Source of the DNA: Octopus bimaculoides
Lineage: Eukaryota
Assembly: GCF_001194135.2 (NCBI RefSeq)
Contig: NC_068998.1
Coordinates: 11,524,448 to 11,588,447 of the forward strand
Direction of reading: 5' to 3'
Length of the DNA: 64,000 nucleotides
Under the pieces are notes generated by a model. That model was not told the origin of the DNA and made no database searches. It worked only from the letters and a program-made list of their open reading frames with translations. The stretch's first letter is position 1, and every line of letters starts with the position of its first letter. The position numbers and the translations under genes were made by a program. Below are positions 39,318 to 51,600 of the stretch, piece by piece.

Positions 39318-39909
39318 NNNNNNNNNNNNNNNNNNNNNNNNNNNNNNNNNNNNNNNNNNNNNNNNNNNNNNNNNNNNNNNNNNNNNNNNNNNNNNNNNNN
39401 NNNNNNNNNNNNNNNNNNNNNNNNNNNNNNNNNNNNNNNNNNNNNNNNNNNNNNNNNNNNNNNNNNNNNNNNNNNNNNNNNNNNNNNNNNNNNNNNNNNN
39501 NNNNNNNNNNNNNNNNNNNNNNNNNNNNNNNNNNNNNNNNNNNNNNNNNNNNNNNNNNNNNNNNNNNNNNNNNNNNNNNNNNNNNNNNNNNNNNNNNNNN
39601 NNNNNNNNNNNNNNNNNNNNNNNNNNNNNNNNNNNNNNNNNNNNNNNNNNNNNNNNNNNNNNNNNNNNNNNNNNNNNNNNNNNNNNNNNNNNNNNNNNNN
39701 NNNNNNNNNNNNNNNNNNNNNNNNNNNNNNNNNNNNNNNNNNNNNNNNNNNNNNNNNNNNNNNNNNNNNNNNNNNNNNNNNNNNNNNNNNNNNNNNNNNN
39801 NNNNNNNNNNNNNNNNNNNNNNNNNNNNNNNNNNNNNNNNNNNNNNNNNNNNNNNNNNNNNNNNNNNNNNNNNNNNNNNNNNNNNNNNNNNNNNNNNNNN
39901 NNNNNNNNN
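39318..39909. other. Assembly gap, the largest of nine
   Basis: Other N runs: 7584-7612, 19853-19968, 22162-22171, 24865-24995, 41817-42336, 46936-47048, 47524-47846 and 55172-55387. Most abut (TA)n, poly-A or inverted repeats. Confidence 0.99.
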
Positions 39910-40561
39910 GGGTTGTGTGATCTAGGATGCTTTATTTGTGTGTATGGATGTGTATATCAACAGCACTATCTCTTATAAGTGAGCAATATTGACTTTTACG
40001 TGAAATGAAAGCACATGGCTTAGCGATAAAAGTGTTTGGCTCGTGATCACCAGGTCATGGCTTCAAAACCCTGCATTGCATTGAGTCCTTGAGCAAGGCA
40101 CTTTATTCAATATAGCTTCAATCTACTAAGATGAAAATGAGTACCAGCTGCAGCAACTGGAGGATAACCTTGTAGAGTGTGAGACGTGTTGGCACAGCCA
40201 TTTTGGCGCCGCCCATTTGGCATCACTGATTCAATGCTGACTCATTTGACATCAGATACATTAAAGTTTCTCTCATTCTCTTCCTCTCCACTATCTCTCT
40301 TTCTCTCTCTCTCTCTCTCACATGCTCTTTTTATATGTCTGAGTATATCTCTCTTTATGTGTATGAGAAGAGAGAAAGTGTTCATGTAAACTATATTCAT
40401 TTAATAAACTGTAATCTTTGTCTCTCTCTCTTTCAATCTGTATGCGTATATTTCTACATGCATGTGTATTTGTCTTCAGTGGCAAAAAGTACTGTTGCCG
40501 AAACAATAAGCCATGTCCACACAGCTGTGCCTAATTGCCTCATTCTGATAGTGTGGTATTC

Positions 40562-40691
40562 TACAGGGTTGTCCACAAAGTTTGGGTACATGGGGATTAA
40601 CACATACTTTAAGAAATTATTATTTCTTATATTTAATTGTTTGTTATGATTTTATTTACTCCATGTACCCAGACCTTGTGGACACCCTGTA
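40562..40691. mobile_element. Tc1/mariner-type MITE (130 bp)
   Basis: TA-CAGGGTTGTCCACAAAGTTTGGGTACATGG ... CCATGTACCCAGACCTTGTGGACACCCTG-TA. Confidence 0.8.
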
Positions 40692-41479
40692 GTATCCTGT
40701 TGAAGAGAGAGTCTTGAACTCTCAATTGCTTATATCCCTCCTATACTTTAAAAAACCATATTAAGTTCACTCCAACCTCTTGATCTGGTACACGCAATAC
40801 ATTTTAACTTTCTTTTTTAACTCTTTAACGTTTAGATTACTATTAAATGTAACGCTTATTTATTCACATTGTTTTGAATTAATCATGCAGTAGTCATAGC
40901 TTTGAGATTTTGATGACGTGATTGTTTATTTTTAGCATGACATTGTAGGGTACGTGTAAAATTCAAAGTATTCTCAATGATTACTATAGACGTTATGGGG
41001 CTACATATCTGCTGCAACCTGATGGCAGTCTATTGCTGTGGGCAAGTAACAGCACTGTAAAGTTGACGAATGTTTCATTGGCTTACAGTATGGAATTTAT
41101 ATCCTTTTATGGGGTCAAAGGGCAACAGGGAATCATTCCAGTGTAATTTTTCTTGATTTGTTGTTGTTTAGACTTAATCAGCTCTGACTAAGCAAATCTG
41201 TGACTAAAGGAGTTCCAGCCATGTCTGTTATGTATTTGGCATATCTAAGACTACACTTTCCAGTGTCCTCTTTTCAAAACGACAGGGTATGATTCGAAGG
41301 AAAATTGGCTGTTATTTCTAGCACATCGAGTGACCACGTACAAGTTTCTTTGCTTGTGGAATATTTAATCGTCGGTAGTAATCGAATGACTTTATTGTAT
41401 ATTATGAGAGCTACTATCCTACCCAGGCTTGGATCCTATCAAATACACTATCCTGGAGAGAACTATCCAACCTCGTCTA

Positions 41480-41660
41480 CAACGTCAACACAACATGGGG
41501 TGTAACAGTTACCGTATATGAGTCATTGCTACAACTCGAACAACACCAGGACAGCCCACAAGTGCGGCTTGTGTGACAGAGACTGCCTTTCACACATCGG
41601 ACTGTTCAGTCATGGACAACGCTGTTGTAGTAGGATGGACAGCCTAAAGACAATGGACCA
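41480..41660 (+). mobile_element. RTE-clade LINE C-terminal zinc-finger fossil
   Basis: HKCGLCDRDCLSHIGLFSHGQRC matches the RTE CxxCxRxCxSxIGLxSH motif. Confidence 0.75.
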
Positions 41661-41698
41661 CACCCGCTTTTTTTTTTTTTTTTTACAGGAACCCACTA

Positions 41699-42489
41699 TA
41701 TTGAGTGCGAGATTCCGAATCTGCAAAACAATCTGCATTTCAAAATTTTAATCTCCACCACCCAATTTCTTAAATTTTCACTTTAAAAAGATTTTTTTGG
41801 CGAAATACGCAGAAAANNNNNNNNNNNNNNNNNNNNNNNNNNNNNNNNNNNNNNNNNNNNNNNNNNNNNNNNNNNNNNNNNNNNNNNNNNNNNNNNNNNN
41901 NNNNNNNNNNNNNNNNNNNNNNNNNNNNNNNNNNNNNNNNNNNNNNNNNNNNNNNNNNNNNNNNNNNNNNNNNNNNNNNNNNNNNNNNNNNNNNNNNNNN
42001 NNNNNNNNNNNNNNNNNNNNNNNNNNNNNNNNNNNNNNNNNNNNNNNNNNNNNNNNNNNNNNNNNNNNNNNNNNNNNNNNNNNNNNNNNNNNNNNNNNNN
42101 NNNNNNNNNNNNNNNNNNNNNNNNNNNNNNNNNNNNNNNNNNNNNNNNNNNNNNNNNNNNNNNNNNNNNNNNNNNNNNNNNNNNNNNNNNNNNNNNNNNN
42201 NNNNNNNNNNNNNNNNNNNNNNNNNNNNNNNNNNNNNNNNNNNNNNNNNNNNNNNNNNNNNNNNNNNNNNNNNNNNNNNNNNNNNNNNNNNNNNNNNNNN
42301 NNNNNNNNNNNNNNNNNNNNNNNNNNNNNNNNNNNNAAATTTTACAGAATTTTTTTTTCAAAACCATAATCTCCGTATTTTTCTACGTATTTCGCAAAAA
42401 AAAAAAACTTCTTAAAAAAGTGAAAATCTAAGAAATTAAATTTTGAAATGCAGATTTTTTTTGCAGATTCAGAATCTCCGCACTCGATA
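41699..42489. repeat. Long-TIR/foldback element with an unsequenced centre
   Basis: 41699..41816 is the reverse complement of about 42378..42489; the gap 41817..42336 lies between them. Confidence 0.75.
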
Positions 42490-45059
42490 AAAAAAATTAA
42501 AAAAAAAAAAAACCAATCCCAAAGCGGGTGCGGTCAATTGTCTTTACCTCCGCCCAGCCGTGACTGTAAATATGGTCATTTAATGACAGACGGAGGTCTC
42601 AGAGACGAGACGTGCAAGCCATGGCAGTTGTCTCCCTTGTGTATGACATTGTTCTCAGTTCTTGCGTGTCCGGTTCGAAGTCTTAACGTAAATACATTAA
42701 ATTTGAAGTCATTCTTCACGAACTGATATAAATCTTCTGCTCTTATCCTAATGGCAGATTCTCTTTACTCTGCATCGTTTATTTCAGTTATATTTGGTTT
42801 CCTCACCTCATTAACAAATGAAATGGTGTTTTGTCTTGCATTCACTGAAAAATTATTTCTCTGGTATCAATTACAGAAGTGAAAGCGCGTGGTTTAGTGG
42901 TTATGGTGTTGCATTCACGATCACAAGATCGTAGTTTCGATTCCTGGACCAAGTGATGCACTGTGTTCATGAACAAAACGCTACATCCTTCGAGACTTTC
43001 TTGCTTCCTGAATTTTGCCGACAGTAGTACACCCGATGCTCTCTCGCATGTTTTTTTAAAGACATTCACTTCCTGTGCATATTCTATGTACCGTTCATGT
43101 AGTTTTGGTTACATTTTTTTCTGGTGAGCTGTAGTGCACCTGGGTACTGTATACCATAAGCTCATTATTATTATGGCAGAACCGTTAGCACTCTGGACGA
43201 AATGCACAGTAGTATTTCGTCCGTTGCTACGTTCTGAGTTCAAATTCTGCTGAGGTCGACTTTGCCTTTCATCCTTTCGGGATCAATGAAATAAGTACCA
43301 GTTACGCACTGGATCGACGTAATCGACTAGTCCCCTCAAAATGCTAGAATAAATGCCACAACATTCTTTGATCAATGTTTTAACAACTGCCAATTCATGA
43401 ATCAATGAATTAAATGCCAGTACTAAACCGTAATTAATTATATAGTAGATTTTGCTCCAACAAATTCACTAATCTAACAATAATTCACTTTATTGTTATA
43501 TTTCAGGAAGGTCGTTTATTTTCTTGCCACATAAACACACACGCTTATTTATTATTGTTCTTATTTTATGTTATGTAATAAAATGGTATAACATAAAATA
43601 AGAACAATAATAAAGTAAAAGACAAGTATATATAGTGTGTGTTTATTTGGCAAGGAAAAAAAAATACCGTCTTGAAATATAACAATATTTTTTTCAACAC
43701 ACAATTTCACATCAAGAATCTTCCAACACAAACTCATAAATGTTTTCTTTATTTTTTTTAATCAAATTTGATAAATTTGATGGTGCCAAGTTAAAAGTAC
43801 TCAATACACTCTGTGAAGTGGTTGGCATTAGGAAGGGCATCCAGCTGTAGAAACTATGCCAAAACAGGCTATGGAAAATGGACATTAAGTGTTGATAATG
43901 ATGCATAATTTCATCTTCTTCCTCCTCATTATTTTAATACCCACTTTTCTATGCTCGCATGGGTCAGACAGAATTTGTCAAGGCAGATTTTCTATGGCCA
44001 GATGCATTTCTTGCCACCAACGGAGGCAAAGTAGCTGAGTTCCTTTCGAATGTTGGGCTTCATGGAGGCAATATCCAAGACCTTTGGCATTATGTCATGC
44101 TTGAAGAAAAGACCCATCAAGCTGAGCAAAATTGCAGTCATGGCAGATACCAGTGGCACATAAACACAATCCAGTGTCACGCAAATGGCATCCATGCTGG
44201 TGGCACGTAAAAACACCCATTACACTCTCAGAGTGGTTGGTGTTAAGAAGGGCATCCAGCTGTAGAAAACCATGCCAAATCAGACTGGAGTCTGGTGCAG
44301 CCTTCCAGCGTGCCAGCTCTGGTCAGACAATCCAACCCATGCCAGCATGGACAACAAACGTTAAATGAGGATCATGAAACCACAACCGTTTCCAAGCAAG
44401 GCCAGATATGTTTACCATACAAGACTGGAAACTTCTGATACTCAGAACCATCATGTGACTTCAAGACCAGAGAACATACACACACACATATGGCAAAACA
44501 AGTGAGAGTTGGTGACTGGGAAGGCATCTGACCATAGAAAATCTACCTCGACAAATTAGATATATTTATACAATGGGCTTCTTTCAATTTCTGTCTACCA
44601 AATTCACTCGCAAGGTTTTCGTGGACTTGGAATTACAGTAGAAAATACCTGCTCAAGGTGCTGTGCAGTGGGACTGAACCTAACACCCAATGGTTGGTAA
44701 GCAAGCTTCTTAACCACACAGTCTCACCAGCACCTAAGAGGGGTATGATATTCAAGACTTTCCCAAAGACAATGAGTGAAAGAAAATGGTTACAACTGAG
44801 AATAAATGTCACATATTCAGCTTTCCAAGAGCTGATATGGGTTGAAGGGTATGTCACAGTCCAAGATGGTTGTTATTTGGTGTCATTCCTAGACATGTCA
44901 TGGTAATAGGTACAGATATGGTTAAGAACTTTGCTTCCCAACCCATTGGTATCAGGTTCAATCTTATAGTATGGCACATAAAGCAAGTGTCTTATATTCT
45001 AATCCTGGGCCCGATCAAAGCATTGTGAGTGGTCAATCTTCTTCACCAGGGGCCTTAAG

Positions 45060-45495
45060 ACTTCTACGATGGAGTACAGGTCTTCTTGAGTACACCAAAG
45101 CATCAGGTGTCTCGGTCCTTTGTCATCTCATCTAAAAGGTTCAGCATCCTGAGATTGTTCTTCAGTACTTTGTCCCATGTCTTCCTGGGTCTCTCGCTTA
45201 TACATGTTGCAGCTACTTTGAGAGATCAACACTTCTTTATGGAGCTGATGGAATCTATCGACATCACATGACCAAACCAGCAGTCTTCTCTCTTGCGTAT
45301 TGCATCTAATTCCTCTTATGTCTAACTTCTCTCTCAATACACCAGCACTCTGTCAAACATGTACACTTACATTACACATCCAGCGGATCATACAAACCTA
45401 ATTTCTCTCTAACCTTTGCATTCAGGGTCCACTATCATGTAGAATTGCTGTCTGTATACATGCATTGTACAATCTTCCTTTCATAGCCAAAAAAG
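45060..45495 (-). mobile_element. RTE-clade LINE RT/C-terminal fossil
   Basis: KGRLYNACIQTAILH...MIRWMCNVSVHV*QSAGVLREKLDIRGIRCNTQERRL. Confidence 0.75.
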
Positions 45496-47283
45496 GTAAA
45501 AGCTCTCTGATTTCCTCCATATATATGTATGTATGTATTGGTGGAAGATGTAAACATCAACTAGAAAACCAATAAACTGATGCTTTCAAATAATGAAGTC
45601 CCTTGTGATATGTTCTACCCAGGTTGTGCAATCAAACCCTTGTCATCTTTGCAATTGAAAACGTTACAAACCAGAGGTTGGCCTGTTGGAAACATATAAC
45701 CAATGATGCTATGGTTGCTGACAAAATGTGATATCAAATAAATTCCAGTTGAATAAAATGTTTGCATATCCTACTCTTTCATCTTCATCATTACTCTAGA
45801 TATTTGCTTTCACTCTTGCTGTGAAATGGTTAAACCAGATGTGGATCTAAAAATTTAGACTTTAGAAGTTGCCGTTGAGCAGGAAAAAAACCCAATGGAT
45901 TGATGAGCCGATAAGAGAAACTTTATGCAGTCACTAGATCTGCTAAAACAATTAAATCTCTCTTAAGTTATAACTTACAGTAAAAAAGTACAAAAGAAAA
46001 AAAATACCCTGGACAATGCTGTCCGAGGTACACTATGCCTGAAAATTAAATGACATGGTCATGGCTGAAATGCCTTTAACTCTTTCACATTTAAACTGGT
46101 CATATTTGACCCAAAATATCTACCTGTTTTGTGTTCAAATCAGCTAATTCTGGCCTCTTAAACCTATCCTACAATATCATTCTAAAAATAAATCACATCA
46201 CTGAAATTTCAAAGCTATGAGATAATGCGTGATTAATTCAAAACAAACTGAATAAATAAGCATTACATCTGACAGCAAACTGAATGCGAAATGGGTTAAC
46301 ACTTAAGCATTTAAACTAGTCATATCAGTCCCAAATAATCTGTTTTATGTTCAAACTGACAAGATCTGGTCTCTCACACTTTGCCCTACAATGTCATTCT
46401 AAAAATAAACAATTACAACATTGAAATCTTGAAGCTGCAAGATAATGCAGGATTAATTCAAAATAATGTGAATAAATAAGCATTGCATTTGACAGAGTAA
46501 TCTAAATGCTGAAGTGGTTAACCAATAGATCTGCTCCAACACAGTTGATTTGGCATTAAATAACAACAGATGGATAAAAAAAAAATTCTAAAATATTCCA
46601 AGCAATTTGTAATAGATATATAAATATTTCAACAATACTGGCAAAATATCACAACCTGAAAATATACAGAAGTAATTTTGCTTCTCAAACAATAATCTCA
46701 GGTCGAAAAAATATTTCGTTTAAAACATTTATTTTTTCATTATTTCATTTCATTTTATCCCTTTTTTGCTTTTTTTTTTTTTTCAATTTCTTTTTTTGCT
46801 TTTTTTTGGTCACTCATTGTTTGGAAAGTGCACTTTCTCCTTTTATTTTAGGCAGCTGGAAGTTGCAGATGAGTCATTAGATTAAAATCTTTTTATTTGT
46901 TCCATTTAAGAAATATATATATATATATATATATANNNNNNNNNNNNNNNNNNNNNNNNNNNNNNNNNNNNNNNNNNNNNNNNNNNNNNNNNNNNNNNNN
47001 NNNNNNNNNNNNNNNNNNNNNNNNNNNNNNNNNNNNNNNNNNNNNNNNATTATACAAAAGGAATCATAAGATCATAGTTAAGGGTAGCAAGATATTTAGT
47101 ATTTACACAATGGTCATTTGGTGTCTGTTACAGTCAACATTTCAATGGTTTTAGCAATAAATTGCAAATTAGAGTTCATATTTGTCATATATACATATAT
47201 ACACATATATGTATATGTGTGCATATAGATAAGTGTGTGTGTGTGTGTATATATATGTATGTGAATATATGTGCGTGTGTATG

Positions 47284-47317
<34 letters not shown>

Positions 47318-48315
47318 GTGTGTGTGTTTGTATGCATATGTATGAATATAGGAAAGCAGTATAAATATAAATGATATATTTGACATCAGTGATAAAGTTT
47401 CTTTGGGAAGGAGGGCTGGGGGATTAAAAACTCACGGTTGTATTTACGGAGGGTAAAATTGAAGAGAAAGATATAACAATTGGAGATATCTACAAGAGCC
47501 CAAAAAAAAAAAAAAAAAAAAAANNNNNNNNNNNNNNNNNNNNNNNNNNNNNNNNNNNNNNNNNNNNNNNNNNNNNNNNNNNNNNNNNNNNNNNNNNNNN
47601 NNNNNNNNNNNNNNNNNNNNNNNNNNNNNNNNNNNNNNNNNNNNNNNNNNNNNNNNNNNNNNNNNNNNNNNNNNNNNNNNNNNNNNNNNNNNNNNNNNNN
47701 NNNNNNNNNNNNNNNNNNNNNNNNNNNNNNNNNNNNNNNNNNNNNNNNNNNNNNNNNNNNNNNNNNNNNNNNNNNNNNNNNNNNNNNNNNNNNNNNNNNN
47801 NNNNNNNNNNNNNNNNNNNNNNNNNNNNNNNNNNNNNNNNNNNNNNTTACTGCAATAAAAACTAGGCTGAGAAAGACATCAGAGCTCTAACAGCAGTAAA
47901 CGAGGTGAAAGAGCTTGGGAAATGTTATTTTGTCTGAAGACTGAAACATTATCAAATATCTAATGGAATAGAAAATATTCAGAGATAACATTATTAGCAA
48001 ATATTTCATAATGATTTCATGAGGACAATGAAATCAAATATATATATATATATGTAAAAAAAAAAAAAAACTGGTTAATTTTGATTAAAACATACCTACA
48101 CCAATACCTTGTTACATATATGGCAGAAAAAAAAATTAATACAGGGTTGATATATATATATGAATACACACATATATACATACATATACATAAACACAGA
48201 CACACACATATATAAATACACACACACACATATATACATACAAACATATAGACAGACACACACACATACACACATATATTCAAATATATATACACATGCA
48301 TATACACACACATTC

Positions 48316-48356
<41 letters not shown>

Positions 48357-48453
48357 TACATACTTATATATTATATAGCGGTTTGACCCAGCTCCACATG
48401 AATTAAAGTTCCATGAGAATGTAGGACATGTCCATCACATCCGATGCCACGTG

Positions 48454-48492
<39 letters not shown>

Positions 48493-48665
48493 TATCTAAA
48501 GATACATATATATGTACGTACACACACATACATACATGGGTTAAATAACTAGTCAGAACAAGCAATCATTCTAGACATTTCCTTTTAATTGTTTTGGAAT
48601 AAAGTGGGGTTTTAGGACCAATATTTAAGACTTTGTGTATGTTTAAAAGGTTGATATTTAAGACT

Positions 48666-51600
48666 TTATGATGTGTTTGTGTCATCACCACTAGAAATAT
48701 CACTTAATAAGTCATCTTTTTTTACACTTAACGATTCACATTTAGAATCCTGTGAAGAAAGAGAAAACATGGATTTAGAAAAGTCTTCATTGTTGATCTC
48801 TGAGTCATTTAATTTATCAGAAGAACTATTATTGGCAGTAAACAATTTTGACTTCACTTCGTCTACTTTGTTTAAAACCTTGTTCTGTTGTGATAGCAGA
48901 GAAGCTGGTTTATTTGAATTTTCATTCAATATCTGAAAAGCCTTAGATTTAGAACTGTGGCTGTGTAGGTCACCACAATACTCAGTGTCAAATAAATAGT
49001 CCTGAGAGGAACAATGCGCTAGATTTGAGGGCTCGGTGGAAACTTGCTCCTTGAGAATGTCTTCGGATAAGGACTGCTCGCACAGATCTTTACTTTTACT
49101 GGCAGTGCCCAATATCTTCTTTTGGGGTTGCTTATTTGATGACGAATCATTACTGGAAGAGTTGTGTGTATTTTGAGATTGGTTCACATTAACTGTGATA
49201 TCTTTGGCACTTTCTTTGTTGCCGTGGTCTCTGCTGGTAGGTAACCCCTTAATGGTTAATTTGATGCTAGTATTGTTCAGTGACAGGTTAGACGAAAATT
49301 CATAAGAACCGGTTGCATTGCTATCAGTGTTGCTACAAGATTTCTCTACTGGTTGACTGGCTGGAGATTCTGTCGGTTCAGACCATGAAAATTCTGCCTC
49401 TTCGTACCATAAAAATGGTGATGATGATCCACAAGATGACCAGTTAGAATCTTCGTTATCATCCTTGCTAGGTTCACAGACTTTACCCTTGGTTTTCTTC
49501 ACTTTAACCATTTGCGATTCAGATGTTGAACAAGTATTTACATTTTTACAATTATCTTTCTTGAAATATTGAGAAACAGGAAAACTTTCAGTTTTGCCTT
49601 TATTCTTGCCAAAAACGTTTGGATTTGACGAATGGTTGTCACTGCTTGAACTGTTTGTTTCTTTTGGTGCAGTTGAGGAGTTGGAAACAGTTGCCAAAGA
49701 AGAAGAGGAGGAGGAGGAGGAGGAATGACAAGCAGCACTTGGACTAACAGGGAAAGTAGAATGTGAAAGAGGTTTCGATAAGTTTGATGATGTATTATGA
49801 GATGTATGTGTTTGCTGAGATGATGAAGATGATGTCGCTGGTGACGACAATGAAGATGCAATGCTATAAAGAGACTGATAGAGTGAATTAGAGTCATTCC
49901 TAACTGTGAGTGAGTCTTCAGATGTGGTAGGTAAAGGAAGTAGAGGCAATTTACAATCTTTGTCCTTAGATGAAACTGCATCACTTGCTTTCTGGATGTC
50001 CAAAATGTCAGATTCAAAAGATAGCACTGAGGTATTATTATCTAATAATGGTAAAAATATTTGATGTTTAGGAACATTATTGTTTGTATTTTCCTCTCTT
50101 TCGGCAGATAAAACTGAAGCATCAGACACAGCAGAACTTGTTTGGGACGGTTGCTGTCCACTAATAGCAGCATCAGACTCCATCTTACAACTGCTTTCTT
50201 TCGACAGGCCCTCTGAAGTTGGAGAAATGTCCTCGTCAGCAGGGTGAACAGAGCTGGAATTATTTTTATCATTGTCAGAGAATGCAGACGATTCATTACT
50301 ATTTGTGTTCACTGATGTTACTGTTGCAGTGGCTACGTCTCCTGGTGTTTGTTTCATGCATCTCTTGACACCAGGCTGTGCAGTGTCCATAGAGCAGCAG
50401 CTAACATTGCCTGTCGTATGACAATTTGAGCTATCTTTCTTTTCGTTTGTCACAGAGCAGGCTTCAGATGATGAGCTACACGACCAACTCGGTATTGAAC
50501 TGTTTGAAAGCAAGTTAAAGTCATCAAGGGATTCATTTGCTGTGCTGCTGGTTGCAGTGTGAGCGGTAGAAGCAGCTTTAGCACTTTTATCCATACAGAA
50601 ATCTGAGAACATCAGTTTAAGATCTGGATCGTTGATTTCAGCAAGTGAACCACAAGTTGACACAGGTACACTGATAGCATGCGATATGTCATCTAGGTCA
50701 ATATTTTTAGAGCTGTCACCGAGAACTGTCGGTTCTTTCAAGCAATGCTTATCCGTGTTGTCTTCTGACTGAACGATTACATCAGCACCAATTGCACCAG
50801 ATAAATACGAAGAGTTATCTGCTGTGAGATCTTCTAATAAGTTACTTCCAGCTAGACCAGGGTCCAACACATGAGAACACGTTGCTACTGTTGCGGTCGA
50901 TGATGGTTTTACGTGATAGCTAGAGAATTTGCTTAGACAAGAACTCTCTTCATGGACATTGTCAATAATGCTGACATCATCCGTATTTACGCTGGTCCCT
51001 TGGTAACGTTTCGAAGATTTATGTCCTGAGCAGTGTTTCTTGAATGTTGATGTTGGCTGTGGGGAAAGAGCAACAACATCTAAACTATTTAAGTAATTAC
51101 TATCAGAAACAGAATCACAATGGGATGATAATTTCGATGAGGTGTGCTTACTGCGGTGATGCCGTCTGTGTTTGTGTTTCTTGTGTTTTTTGTGACTTTT
51201 CCGCCGCCGTTTGCAAGCAATGATTTCTACACTTGAAGAACGCGATCGATTTCGAGAAACAACAGGGCTTGAAGGTCTGTAGCCGTCTCTCTTTCTGCAT
51301 GACTCATTGTTGTAATTAGTATCATAGTTGTAAATGCCGCTGGAAAGGTCTGGCTGGGAAGAGCGGTGAGGATAACCAAGCCGATAGTAATTGTTGCATG
51401 TCAGTGGAAACATTATAGATTTCTGAGAGATGTGTAGCTGCAGAGACGAAGAAGAGGATGCAGTGGATTCGTCATGTCGGTACCGACAACGAGATCGTTC
51501 TTCTCTAGAGTAACTAGAAGTTCGTTTGCTCTTGGAACGCCGAGAACGAGATCTAGATCGAGACCGTGATCTAGAAGAGTTGGATTGGCTATAGGAATAA

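Noticed and set aside
39164-39978. Long ORFs spanning N runs (also 19.8, 24.8, 41.8, 47.5 and 55.1 kb)
   Set aside because: Artefacts of assembly gaps.
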